A stretch of DNA of 53,972 nucleotides from Candidatus Woesearchaeota archaeon. GTDB lineage: Archaea; Nanobdellota; Nanobdellia; Woesearchaeales; JBAZVA01. Made by a program: the position numbers and the translations under genes. The notes under the pieces are model-generated. The model did not search any database. It worked only from the letters and a program-made list of their open reading frames with translations, and had not been told where the DNA came from. The stretch is taken from contig JBAZVA010000003.1 in assembly GCA_041661165.1 (NCBI GenBank), positions 1 to 53,972 of the forward strand, read 5' to 3'. Of the stretch, positions 25,231 to 34,331 are shown piece after piece; positions within the stretch are counted from its first letter, which is position 1, and every line of letters starts with the position of its first letter.

Positions 25231-25483
25231 ATATTATCTTTACTTTTTATCTTTGAAATTTATTTCTGTAGAAAACTTTATATATTAATTCAATTATAGT
25301 AAATAGAATGTTCAATAACGGCACATTAAGTATTATCAGTCTGATTATAGTAATTGTGTTAGTGATTGTGCTATAGGGCATTTCCAAGAAAATTTAAAGA
25401 AAACTTGGAGATTACACAAACGTTCTAAATAATTTCTTGGTTTTCTTAATACATTTTTCTTGGATAACTCTGTATTAAACTAG

Positions 25484-25864
25484 GTGGTGAAAAATATGGA
25501 AAGTGCAACAATAGGAAATACTATGCAAATGTATACAAAAATAGGAAAAGAAGAACAAAAAACAAAACAACGAAATACTGAACTAACAGAACTTGGTAGA
25601 AGAACTTTTCTATCAAAAGCAAGTTTAGTAGATAGAGTACACGCGAATGGAAATGGAAAAATAGCGATTCCAAAGCACGCAGTATACTATAGAACAAAAT
25701 CAGGCGAAGTAAGATTTTTTAGTATTAATCAATACATTTTTATTGGAGAAGAACATATTAAAAATTTAAAACCGATTGATGAAAAGAGTAGATATGTTGC
25801 ATTTCCTGATGTAAAAGTAAGAGTTGGACATATTGATTACGGAACACCTGTGTTTTATCAATAA
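25484..25864 (+). CDS. Hypothetical protein
   Basis: 126-aa ORF preceded by a GGTGGTGA Shine-Dalgarno-like sequence. No motif recognised. Confidence 0.4.
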   Translation: MVKNMESATIGNTMQMYTKIGKEEQKTKQRNTELTELGRRTFLSKASLVDRVHANGNGKIAIPKHAVYYRTKSGEVRFFSINQYIFIGEEHIKNLKPIDEKSRYVAFPDVKVRVGHIDYGTPVFYQ

Positions 25865-25912
25865 TTTTTTTATATTTTTATGAAAATATTAGGACAAAGT
25901 CCTTTATTTTTA

Positions 25913-26263
25913 TTAATTTTGTGTGCCTTTTTCAATTGTTTTTTTATCATTGCTTTCCAAATTGGAAAAATATTTTGTTATTAACTCTTGAAATTGTAAA
26001 TCCCTATCAGAACCATCGCGAAGTTCGTCATTATAACCATGAAAATGATAATTAGAATCTTGTTTTGATGCAAAAAATTTTGCAGTCATAAAAGGTTTAT
26101 GGTCTAAATATCCATTTTTAATTAAACAATCATAATTTTTAAATAAAAATCGTTTTTCATCTGTTTGTTGTAATTGAATTTCATACATTTTGCAAAATAA
26201 TTTGTATACCTCTATTAATTCTTCTTTTGTTATCAAATGGTCAAGTGTTATTTTAAAAGACAT
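25913..26263 (-). CDS. Hypothetical protein
   Basis: 116-aa ORF, co-oriented with the next gene and 40 nt from it. Confidence 0.4.
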   Translation of the reverse strand: MSFKITLDHLITKEELIEVYKLFCKMYEIQLQQTDEKRFLFKNYDCLIKNGYLDHKPFMTAKFFASKQDSNYHFHGYNDELRDGSDRDLQFQELITKYFSNLESNDKKTIEKGTQN

Positions 26264-26303
26264 TGTTTATCCTAAATAGAATTATTACTTGAAATTTTTA
26301 AAT

Positions 26304-26810
26304 TTATCTATTATTTATTTCTTCTGTTTTTTTATCTTCACTATCCACCAAATCATCTATTGTTTTTTTTGCAAACGAAATAAATCCGAATTCGTCTGTT
26401 TTTATCTCATATAAGTCAACTATTCTTGTTTTAGGCGCATTATATTTATTTTTATTTAGTAGGTTTTTTAATTCCAAATATTTTATTTCATTAGAATATA
26501 AGTTATTGCCAAGAATTAGTGACGCAAAATATTTTAATCTGTTTTCAGGCTTTATTTGCAATTTGTGATTCGGAAGGTGGGATTGTTTAAGTATAAATAA
26601 AATTTCTCCGGATGCATGAGTTATAATTTCATACAATTCAATAATCTCAAAAAAACTTAGATGTACAACCTCATCTGTTAATTTATTTTTTTTGAAAGGG
26701 CGGGAATTGGACCCGTAAGAATAAATATTTCCAAACTGATTACAAGAAATCCAATATTGTGATTTAGAATTAGGACATATCTGAATTTGTTTTTTATCTT
26801 CTTCTTCCAT
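26304..26810 (-). CDS. Hypothetical protein
   Basis: 168-aa ORF. No motif recognised. Confidence 0.4.
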   Translation of the reverse strand: MEEEDKKQIQICPNSKSQYWISCNQFGNIYSYGSNSRPFKKNKLTDEVVHLSFFEIIELYEIITHASGEILFILKQSHLPNHKLQIKPENRLKYFASLILGNNLYSNEIKYLELKNLLNKNKYNAPKTRIVDLYEIKTDEFGFISFAKKTIDDLVDSEDKKTEEINNR

Positions 26811-27082
26811 AGATATTATTTTATTTATTCAGTATTTATTATTTTATAATTTCCCTCCAATGCTCTAAATGTATTACTATTATTCAATTAGAACTAATTT
26901 TTATATTTTATTTCTATTGTTAATATGATGAAAATATATCAAAAAGCACACCGCTTCTGGCTTTTTTTCTTTTTGACGTAAAAATTAGTCAGATGTTTTA
27001 TATTACTGATATTTATCTTATTCTTATAGAATCAAGAAAAATGATTAAAAATAATTATTAACTATAAAAAGGAGGCGATAAT

Positions 27083-27358
27083 ATGTTATATTACTATATA
27101 AAAATAAAAGAACAAAACTCATTTTCCTGGAGTCCATTAAAACAGGATGGAAAGATACCTATTTTCTGTTTGGAAAGAAACGCAAAGAAAGTTACAAAAA
27201 ATATTAGCTCCAATAAATTTATGATAATGCCAATATCTTATCTTCCAACACAAAAAAAATCTCCACTATACAAAAAAAACTTTGTTATTATGGATATGGT
27301 TCCATTATTTCAGAATTATGATTTCTTAGAAAGGCAGATAAACGTTTCACAGGATTAA
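27083..27358 (+). CDS. Hypothetical small protein
   Basis: 91-aa ORF preceded by an AAGGAGG Shine-Dalgarno sequence. Confidence 0.4.
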   Translation: MLYYYIKIKEQNSFSWSPLKQDGKIPIFCLERNAKKVTKNISSNKFMIMPISYLPTQKKSPLYKKNFVIMDMVPLFQNYDFLERQINVSQD

Positions 27359-27365
27359 TCAATAG

Positions 27366-27668
27366 ATGCAAAGGGTGAATGAAATGATGTCAAAAATACC
27401 TGTCGATTTAGAAAAGATTGACCCTGTGATTTCAGATAAAGAGATATTAAGAGTTGGGATTATTGCGGAATTAGATGCGATAAATTTGTACGAACAAATG
27501 GCAATATTTGCAAAAGATGTAAATATAAAAAAAATATTATTGGATATTGCAAAAGAAGAAAAAACTCACGTTGGAGAATTTCAAAGACTTCTTCTTAACA
27601 GGGACAAGGAGCAGGTAAAAGAACTTGAAAAAGGAAAAGAAGAAGTAAAAGAAGAAGTCGGAGAATAA
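27366..27668 (+). CDS. Small ferritin-like protein of the EncFtn / rubrerythrin-like type
   Basis: IAELDAINLYEQ...IAKEEKTHVGEFQRLL matches the E-x-x-A-x-x-x-Y-E/D-Q ... EE-K-x-H di-iron pattern of encapsulated-ferritin-like proteins. Confidence 0.6.
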   Translation: MQRVNEMMSKIPVDLEKIDPVISDKEILRVGIIAELDAINLYEQMAIFAKDVNIKKILLDIAKEEKTHVGEFQRLLLNRDKEQVKELEKGKEEVKEEVGE

Positions 27669-27689
27669 ATTTAGTTTATCTTAATTGTT

Positions 27690-28178
27690 TTAAATTCTGC
27701 AAACCTCATTTTCTTTTTTAAATAAATATTTTTGGTGATATTCTTCTGCTTTGTAGAAAATCTCTGCGGGAAGTATTTCTGTCATAATTTTTCTTTTGTG
27801 ATGTATTTGTTGCATTTCCTTTGATTCTAATGCTATATTCATCTGATTTTTGTCATGAAAAAATATTACCGATTTATACTGACTTCCTATATCTAGACCT
27901 TGTTTGTTAAATTGAGTTGGATCATGTATTTTCCAAAACGTCTCAAGCAATTTCTCATAAGAGATTATTTTAGGGTAATATTCCACCTGACACACTTCAA
28001 CGTGTCCTGTTTTATCTGAACATACTTTTTTATATGCGGGATTCTTAGTTTCTCCACCCATATATCCTACTGTTGTTTCTACAACCCCTTCTAATTTTCT
28101 AAATTCTTCTTCAACATGCCAGAAGCATCCTGCTCCAAAAGTTGCTATTTTTGCATTGTGCATTTTTTTATCAATCAT
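27690..28178 (-). CDS. msrA: Peptide methionine-S-sulfoxide reductase
   Basis: ATFGAGCFWHVEEEF...GYMGG...GHVEVCQVEY. Confidence 0.9.
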   Translation of the reverse strand: MIDKKMHNAKIATFGAGCFWHVEEEFRKLEGVVETTVGYMGGETKNPAYKKVCSDKTGHVEVCQVEYYPKIISYEKLLETFWKIHDPTQFNKQGLDIGSQYKSVIFFHDKNQMNIALESKEMQQIHHKRKIMTEILPAEIFYKAEEYHQKYLFKKENEVCRI

Positions 28179-28218
28179 CTTTTCACCTAATAATATATTC
28201 TTTGATGAATTGTTATTT

Positions 28219-29124
28219 TTAAGGAAAAATACATTCTTTTATAGATTTATCATCTCTTAAACGTTTAAACACTGGTGCTCTTAATTTTTCATCCTTAGTA
28301 AATTCCAGATATTCAATTTCTGCAACATGCTTGGGCCTGACAAAAATTATCTCTTTAGGAAGATTTTTACTTTCGTCTGACAACTTATTTTTAATATCTT
28401 CTTTTATTTTTGACATACTTACTTCAAATGTATCAATAAATTTTTCAGAAAACCCTGTTCCGACTTTTCCGACATAAATGATTTTTTTGTTTTTGTACAA
28501 TCCGAGAGCAAGACTGGAAATTTTTCTTTTACCTTTTGTAAATCCTATTATAATGCAATCGATTGTATTTAGATTTTTTATCTTAAGCCAATTGTCAGAA
28601 CGTATACCTTCAAGATAAAAACTATTACTTTTTTTTGCTATGATTCCTTCCATTTTGCGTTTTTTCATGGAAAGAAATAATTTTTTTCCCTTCGTGGTAT
28701 AAAAAATTGTTTGAAGTGATTTGTTTTCAATTATTGTCTTATTGAGAATTTTTTTTCTTTGTAAAAGAGGTATATTTTTTAAATTTTTACCATTTTTGTT
28801 TAGGATGTCAAATACAACAAACACTGCTTCTTTTTCTCCTTCTTGAGTTTGTAAAATATGAAAATCTGGATTTCCTTCTTTGTTGTAAGAAACAATCTCT
28901 CCATCAAGAATACACGATTTTGCTTTTATTTTTGACAAATCAATATTTTCAAATCTTTTTGTAATATCTATGTTGTTTCTGCTCTTAAATATATTTCTCT
29001 TATTTTTATTAAAATATAATATTGCTCTGATACCATCTAATTTTGGCTCATAAATATGTCCTTTCGTATTTAAAACATCAATATGACTTTTATCATTCAC
29101 AAGTTTTGCAAGCATTGGTTTCAT
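28219..29124 (-). CDS. ligD: ATP-dependent DNA ligase (stand-alone LigD ligase-domain type)
   Basis: YEPKLDGIRA (motif I, KxDG), ILDGEIV, VFDIL, EGIIAK. Confidence 0.85.
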   Translation of the reverse strand: MKPMLAKLVNDKSHIDVLNTKGHIYEPKLDGIRAILYFNKNKRNIFKSRNNIDITKRFENIDLSKIKAKSCILDGEIVSYNKEGNPDFHILQTQEGEKEAVFVVFDILNKNGKNLKNIPLLQRKKILNKTIIENKSLQTIFYTTKGKKLFLSMKKRKMEGIIAKKSNSFYLEGIRSDNWLKIKNLNTIDCIIIGFTKGKRKISSLALGLYKNKKIIYVGKVGTGFSEKFIDTFEVSMSKIKEDIKNKLSDESKNLPKEIIFVRPKHVAEIEYLEFTKDEKLRAPVFKRLRDDKSIKECIFP

Positions 29125-29125
29125 A

Positions 29126-30079
29126 TTACGATTCTCCTTTTTTAGTTTCTTTATTAATGTCTTTTTTTAGTTTTTTCATGATTTTGTTTAATGATTTGGA
29201 ATTTTTGTAAAAATATTTTAAAGGGTCACTTTTTGTTTGCATTCTTTTTAATACGTCATTTATATCGAAACTATCAGGATTTGTTTTTCTAAGTTCTTCC
29301 CAAAAAATTGGAAGTGCCACTGTCGCAGTCAAAGTTGCTCTTACAGAATAAGGAGAGATAGATGTTTGTTGAGGGGAATTTCTGTTAATATCAATGAAAA
29401 TCTTATTAATACGTTTATTTTTTGAAAGTTCTGTCGTTATATTTTTTGGATTATCCTGTTCTATTACTTTTGCAATCTTTAATGCAAACTCTCTTACTTT
29501 GTCGTTTGAATTTTTAGGTTTTATGGGTACTATTATGTGATATCCTTTTTTTCCTGTAGCTAATAAATACGGATTTAATCCAATATCAGTCAAAAGCTGT
29601 TTTAATTTTAGAACTGTGTTTTTTAATAATACACTATTTTTTTCTGACGGATCAATATCAAACACCATTTTGTCAGGATATCCTAAATTTTCAGTCGTAC
29701 TTGTCCATGTATGTATTTCACCAACTTGCGATGCGACATAAATAAGACACTCTTTATTATTACATATTATATAATCTACTTCCCCTTCTTTTTTTTTGAT
29801 TTTTATGTGTTCTATCCATGATGGAAATGAATTTGGTTTATTTTTCTGGTAAAATCCCTCTTTATCTGCACCGTTTGGGAAACGATACATGACGATGGGT
29901 CTTTTTCTTATAGAATGAAGCATGATATTTGCAATTTTTTTATAATACTCAACATATTCCCGTTTTGTAAATTTTTTAAATATTTTTTTTTCGGAATTAG
30001 AAATATTAATTATGTCGTCATCTTTTCTTTTGTATTTTTTATCCATATGATTATCCGTTTGAGAAGTCATACTTATCAT
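29126..30079 (-). CDS. NHEJ polymerase/primase (LigD PolDom-like, archaeo-eukaryotic primase fold)
   Basis: MVFDIDP, GKKGYHIIVPI and SPYSVR are motifs of LigD polymerase domains. Confidence 0.85.
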   Translation of the reverse strand: MISMTSQTDNHMDKKYKRKDDDIINISNSEKKIFKKFTKREYVEYYKKIANIMLHSIRKRPIVMYRFPNGADKEGFYQKNKPNSFPSWIEHIKIKKKEGEVDYIICNNKECLIYVASQVGEIHTWTSTTENLGYPDKMVFDIDPSEKNSVLLKNTVLKLKQLLTDIGLNPYLLATGKKGYHIIVPIKPKNSNDKVREFALKIAKVIEQDNPKNITTELSKNKRINKIFIDINRNSPQQTSISPYSVRATLTATVALPIFWEELRKTNPDSFDINDVLKRMQTKSDPLKYFYKNSKSLNKIMKKLKKDINKETKKGES

Positions 30080-30587
30080 CCTTCATCTTAATAATAAGCC
30101 AGTTTTTTTTGTTTTCATTAAACTTGGTATTGACTAACGCATAATTTCCTTTCAAAACTCTTCCTTTAAGATTCACTTCAATCTGTCCCTGTAAATAAGA
30201 TTCTTTCATACTGATTTTTCTTATGTTTCTGTAATTTCCTTTATCCCATATTTTAACTTTTCCCGCTCCGTATTCTCCTTTTGGAATCTGTCCTTGAAAA
30301 TCCGCATATTTAATCGGGTGGTCTTCTGTTTCTACAGCAAGATGTTTTTCAGAAACAGTCGTCGGAATTCCTTTCGGGACCGCCCACGATCTTAATACTC
30401 CGTCTATTTCTAGTCTAAAATCGTAATGGAGTCTTGTAGCATTATGTTCCTGAACCACGAATATTGTTCCTTTTCTTTTCTTGACAGCATCAGTTTCTTT
30501 TGGTTCGTTGGTCTTTTCAAAATCTCTTTTTTCCTTGTACGTACTTAATTTTGAGGATTTAATTGATGATTCGTTTGATGATTTCAT
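30051..30587 (-). CDS. LigD 3'-phosphoesterase-domain protein
   Basis: FVVQEHNATRLHYDFRLEIDGVLRSWAVPKGIP. Confidence 0.85.
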   Translation of the reverse strand: MKSSNESSIKSSKLSTYKEKRDFEKTNEPKETDAVKKRKGTIFVVQEHNATRLHYDFRLEIDGVLRSWAVPKGIPTTVSEKHLAVETEDHPIKYADFQGQIPKGEYGAGKVKIWDKGNYRNIRKISMKESYLQGQIEVNLKGRVLKGNYALVNTKFNENKKNWLIIKMKDDKYDFSNG

Positions 30588-31360
30588 AGGCTCGCCTTCA
30601 AACTTTCAACAAGATTTTTCTCTTTTTTGATTTTTTTACTTTCAGCTTTTACTTCAATTAATTCTCCTTTTGTTTTCTTTTTGATAAGTTTTAGAAGTTC
30701 ATCTCTGAAAGTATCCTTAAAATCGGTGATATCAAATTCTTCCTTTTCAAGTTTTCCAATTAACTGTTTTGCAAGTTCAAGTTCTTGGGTTGAAAGTTTT
30801 GGTTTGTTATCTATAAAATCTATATCTTCAATATTTCTAATCTCATAAGCGTAATTTAATGTCGTTAAAAGAAGACCATTCTTATATGATTCTATTGCAC
30901 ACACATATTCTTTTTCACGCATGACAAATCTTCCAATCGCGGCTTTCGCAGACTGCTGTAAAACCTCTTTTAATAAAAAATATGCTTTCTCATTCTTCTT
31001 GTCCGGTCCGATAAAATAAGTGTGGTCAAAATATATAGGATCAATTTGTCTCGAATGAATTATCTCAACAATGTTAATAGTGTCAGTTTTTCCTGGTTTT
31101 AGATTCTGAAGTTCCTCTTTTTCAAATATATAAAATTTATTTTTTGATATTTCTATGCCTTTTACGATATCGTCCCATGAAACTTCTTTGTCGTGCTTTG
31201 AACACCATCTTTTATTTTTTATAGGGACATTATCTTTTTTATGAAGAAGCCTAAATCCAACCTTGTTTTGTGATTCTACTGCAGAATAAAGTCTTACAGG
31301 AATATTAACAAGTCCAAACGAAATTGATCCGGTCCAAATTGTTTTCATATTTTCACCCAA
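30584..31360 (-). CDS. ku: Ku DNA end-binding protein
   Basis: IWTGSISFGLVNIPVRLYSA...FRLLHK. Overlaps the phosphoesterase gene by 4 nt. Confidence 0.9.
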   Translation of the reverse strand: MGENMKTIWTGSISFGLVNIPVRLYSAVESQNKVGFRLLHKKDNVPIKNKRWCSKHDKEVSWDDIVKGIEISKNKFYIFEKEELQNLKPGKTDTINIVEIIHSRQIDPIYFDHTYFIGPDKKNEKAYFLLKEVLQQSAKAAIGRFVMREKEYVCAIESYKNGLLLTTLNYAYEIRNIEDIDFIDNKPKLSTQELELAKQLIGKLEKEEFDITDFKDTFRDELLKLIKKKTKGELIEVKAESKKIKKEKNLVESLKASL

Positions 31361-31442
31361 TACTGTTTTAAAATTATAATCAGATGGAACTATTTTTTAT
31401 TTTCAAGTTTCTAAATTTTTTTAGTTTAAAAGATATAAAGCA

Positions 31443-31835
31443 TTATAATGTTGCGTTAAAATTAAGTGCCATTGAATTAATACAATATCTTTTTCCGGTC
31501 GGTTTTGGACCATCATTAAAAATGTGACCTAAATGGCTTTTACAATTTCCGCATATAACTTCTGTTTTTACCATTCCCTGACTATAATCCTTGACAAATT
31601 CAACCGCATCTTTTTTTGCATCATAAAAACTGGGCCAACCGCATGAAGAATCGAATTTTACATTAGAACTAAAAATTTCATTACTGCAGGCAGCACAAAC
31701 ATACATCCCTTTTTTGTCAAATTTAATATATTTACCGCTAAAGGGAGCTTCCGTTCCTTTCTCTCTTAAAACACGGTATTGCTCAGGAGTCAATTCCTTT
31801 TTCCATTGATCATCAGTTTTTTTCATTTTACTCAC
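31443..31835 (-). CDS. msrB: Peptide methionine-R-sulfoxide reductase
   Basis: [11 protein letters not shown]...CGWPSF...[16 protein letters not shown]. Confidence 0.9.
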   Translation of the reverse strand: MSKMKKTDDQWKKELTPEQYRVLREKGTEAPFSGKYIKFDKKGMYVCAACSNEIFSSNVKFDSSCGWPSFYDAKKDAVEFVKDYSQGMVKTEVICGNCKSHLGHIFNDGPKPTGKRYCINSMALNFNATL

Positions 31836-31989
31836 AATGCCTTATAATAGCTTTACCAATATATAATGTTAGTCTCATATTTTTCCGTTATTCAGACAAT
31901 TTGGTTGTTTTTAGAACTAATTTTCTTACGTTTGGATAACTTAATATATTACTTTTTGCTATAATAGTAAAAATACATAAAGTGAAAAT

Positions 31990-32607
31990 ATGAAAAGTGA
32001 AAAAAATAATGATTGGATATCCAAAACGTGGAAAAAACATAAGGGGGCTATTTTTTTTATACTATTTATTATTCAGATCACATTTTTTTATAAATTAATC
32101 CAAATATTCTCTTCAAAAGGACTAATTATTAAGACTGCATTAGATGATAAAATCCCTTTTTTGTCCTTCTTTGTAATTTTTTATTTATCAATACTAATCA
32201 TTTTGTTTTTACCATTTATTTTAACTTTTAGAAACAAAATTACTTTTCTAAAACTTGCCACTACCTTCTTTATAATATCAATAATGTGTAATTTAACATA
32301 TGTTTTATTTCAAACAACAATTATAAGAGCATTGGTTATTCCTTCGACGATATTTGATAAGTTGGTTTTATTTATATATTCAATCGATAATCCTTTTAAT
32401 TCAATTCCTAGTATGCATGTAACATTTTCCGTTCTGTCAAATTTATGTCTTTTTAATATAAATAAAAAAGTTGCTTATGTAATATTGCCTTTTACAATTC
32501 TTCTTATACTGTCTACACTTTTCATTAAGCAGCATTATATTCCAGGCGTCCTGACGGGATTGGTATTTGCTGTTTTAGGATATGTTTTATTTAAAAGAAT
32601 GAATTAA
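31990..32607 (+). CDS. PAP2-like integral membrane protein (tentative)
   Basis: Six TM helices. IPSMHVTFS and KQHYIPGV resemble the PSxH / HYxxD motifs of the PAP2_3 / IPC-synthase-like family, but Gly replaces the Asp. Confidence 0.45.
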   Translation: MKSEKNNDWISKTWKKHKGAIFFILFIIQITFFYKLIQIFSSKGLIIKTALDDKIPFLSFFVIFYLSILIILFLPFILTFRNKITFLKLATTFFIISIMCNLTYVLFQTTIIRALVIPSTIFDKLVLFIYSIDNPFNSIPSMHVTFSVLSNLCLFNINKKVAYVILPFTILLILSTLFIKQHYIPGVLTGLVFAVLGYVLFKRMN

Positions 32608-32637
32608 ATATAAGTTAATCTTCTTTTTATTTCTATA

Positions 32638-32874
32638 TTAATTTTTTTTCCTATTAAACAAACTTCGAGAATAGTATAAATGTGCCGCTAAAAATATAAT
32701 TGATGGATAAATAAGATATAAGTGTATACTTGAGGACAACGATTTCGTCAATAATCCTAATGTTAATTTTTCTACAATTTTAGGTTGAGTTATTCCAAAA
32801 CCTGTTACAATAAACAGAAGTATAACAATTAAAGTAAGATAAGCTACAACTTTTTTAATTATAGTATGATTCAT
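32638..32874 (-). CDS. Small two-TM membrane protein, possible partner of the upstream molybdoenzyme
   Basis: Overlaps 32871-33527 by 4 nt. His residues sit in or near TM2 (IHLYL, AAHLYY). Confidence 0.4.
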   Translation of the reverse strand: MNHTIIKKVVAYLTLIVILLFIVTGFGITQPKIVEKLTLGLLTKSLSSSIHLYLIYPSIIFLAAHLYYSRSLFNRKKN

Positions 32875-33527
32875 TTCAAAAACCCTTTGTTTAAATCTCC
32901 TGAATCAGAATACCCTCTTTGTTCCCAATAGCCTGTATAATTTTCATCATTTGACAATTGTATATCCGTAACCCACTTTATCCATTTATATCCCCATTTA
33001 CTTTCCGCCACTAATTGGAATGGATATCCTCTTTCGGGGGGAATTGTTACGTTGTTCATTTTATATGCAAGAATAATATCGTTATCTAAAACATATTTTA
33101 GCGGGAAGGAAGTTGAATATCCGTCATATGCGTAAAATATTATTGTATTTGCTTTTGAAGAAATATTTGCAGATTCTATAAGGTCTTTGACTTTTACTCC
33201 TTCCCACAAGATATTCACGCTCCAGCCTTCAACACAGTTTAGTTTTACAACCTTTGTATATTTCCGATGATTCAATATTTCATCATAAGTATAACTTTTT
33301 GGATTTTCTACAAGTCCCGTAATATATAATTTATAATTTGTTACGTTCACATATTGAGGACCTTTTATAGAATTTTCTCTGAAATCACCAATAGAAGACA
33401 ATTTTTCTCCTTTATACTCTCTTACTTCTACACTTTGTAATGATTTAATCTCCTGTGATACACATCCTGCTAAGAAAAGTGTTGCAAATATGACCACTAC
33501 AAATATTATTTTTTTAGATTCTAGCAT
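32871..33527 (-). CDS. Molybdopterin-binding oxidoreductase domain lipoprotein (MsrP/YedY-like)
   Basis: Lipobox FLAG|C. NCVEGWSVNILWEGVKVKDL (Cys ligand region) and GYPFQLVAESKWGYKWIKWV. Confidence 0.7.
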   Translation of the reverse strand: MLESKKIIFVVVIFATLFLAGCVSQEIKSLQSVEVREYKGEKLSSIGDFRENSIKGPQYVNVTNYKLYITGLVENPKSYTYDEILNHRKYTKVVKLNCVEGWSVNILWEGVKVKDLIESANISSKANTIIFYAYDGYSTSFPLKYVLDNDIILAYKMNNVTIPPERGYPFQLVAESKWGYKWIKWVTDIQLSNDENYTGYWEQRGYSDSGDLNKGFLK

Positions 33528-33565
33528 TATCTCACTGTTTTATTATAATATTTTATTTTGTACTA

Positions 33566-33666
33566 TTTTTACCAGCCTTGATTTGATATCTAAATATTTG
33601 TGCTAATTAGAAGCTACTATTGGAATCACATCATAATCTGCATACAAATTCGTTTGCTGGTAAAAA
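33566..33666 (-). repeat. Clamp-hairpin repeat, type A, copy 10
   Basis: Reverse complement reads ttttt-ACCAGCAAACGAATTTGTATGCAGATTATG...GTAGCTTCTAATTAG...AATATTTAG...AATCAAGGCTGGT-aaaaa. Confidence 0.85.
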
Positions 33667-33676
33667 CATTTTTATT

Positions 33677-34144
33677 TTATTGAACAATTATTGTTCCTTT
33701 CATTGAAGGATGTATTCCGCAATGATAGTTGTATGTTCCCGGTGTGTTAAAAGTGTGCGCATATGTTTCCCCATTTGAGATTGAATCTGAACTAATTTCA
33801 TTTCCGGAATCAGAGACAATAGTGTGGGCTGAAGAATCTTTATTGGTCCAAATTACAGTTGCCCTAACAGGTACAGTCACACTTTTTGGATCAAACGCGA
33901 ATCCTTGTATTGTGACATCTTGTTTAATGCCTAAATTGCCCGTAGGTGATGTGACAGGATTAGGTGTTGGAGTATTTGATTGATCATTTGTAGGCGGAAC
34001 AATACTTGGCACTTGTGGTTGTTGCATAGATGATTGTTGGACAGAACAGCCAATAATAGTAATTATCATCATCAAAAGTCCGAGAATAAGTATTTGTTTC
34101 AATATTTTCTTCATATTGTCATCACGAGTGCATAGTATGTACAA
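33677..34144 (-). CDS. Cupredoxin (plastocyanin/amicyanin-like blue copper) lipoprotein
   Basis: Lipobox IIG|C. YNYHCGIHPSMKGTIIV provides the C-terminal Cu ligands (C, H, M). Likely start is MKKIL at 34114. Confidence 0.8.
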   Translation of the reverse strand: MYILCTRDDNMKKILKQILILGLLMMIITIIGCSVQQSSMQQPQVPSIVPPTNDQSNTPTPNPVTSPTGNLGIKQDVTIQGFAFDPKSVTVPVRATVIWTNKDSSAHTIVSDSGNEISSDSISNGETYAHTFNTPGTYNYHCGIHPSMKGTIIVQ

Positions 34145-34273
34145 CTAAGTTCTTAAATGTGATTCTATAATATTTCATCTTTATTACTTTTATTTATATT
34201 ATAATGGTGATGTGAAAGAAATTTACATAAGTGTATTTATGTAAAATTTTATGCTAATTTTGTTCTCAAAGCA

Positions 34274-34281
34274 TTTATAAA
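34274..34281 (+). promoter_or_regulatory. TATA box (TTTATAAA)
   Basis: About 50 nt upstream of ATG 34332, which is preceded by a TAGGGGGAG Shine-Dalgarno sequence. Confidence 0.4.
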
Positions 34282-34331
34282 TGTCCTCTATCCATTCTAT
34301 ATTGTATAATTAGTAAATAATAGGGGGAGTA

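Noticed and set aside
25268-25280. 13-mer GTAGAAAACTTTA shared with 9856-9868, and its resemblance to the GTAGAAA outer arms
   Set aside because: A single shared 13-mer in 54 kb of AT-rich DNA on two strands is within chance expectation. There is no extended similarity.
27083-27668. An encapsulin nanocompartment operon around the EncFtn-like gene
   Set aside because: No HK97-fold shell-sized ORF is adjacent. The neighbouring 91-aa ORF is far too small.
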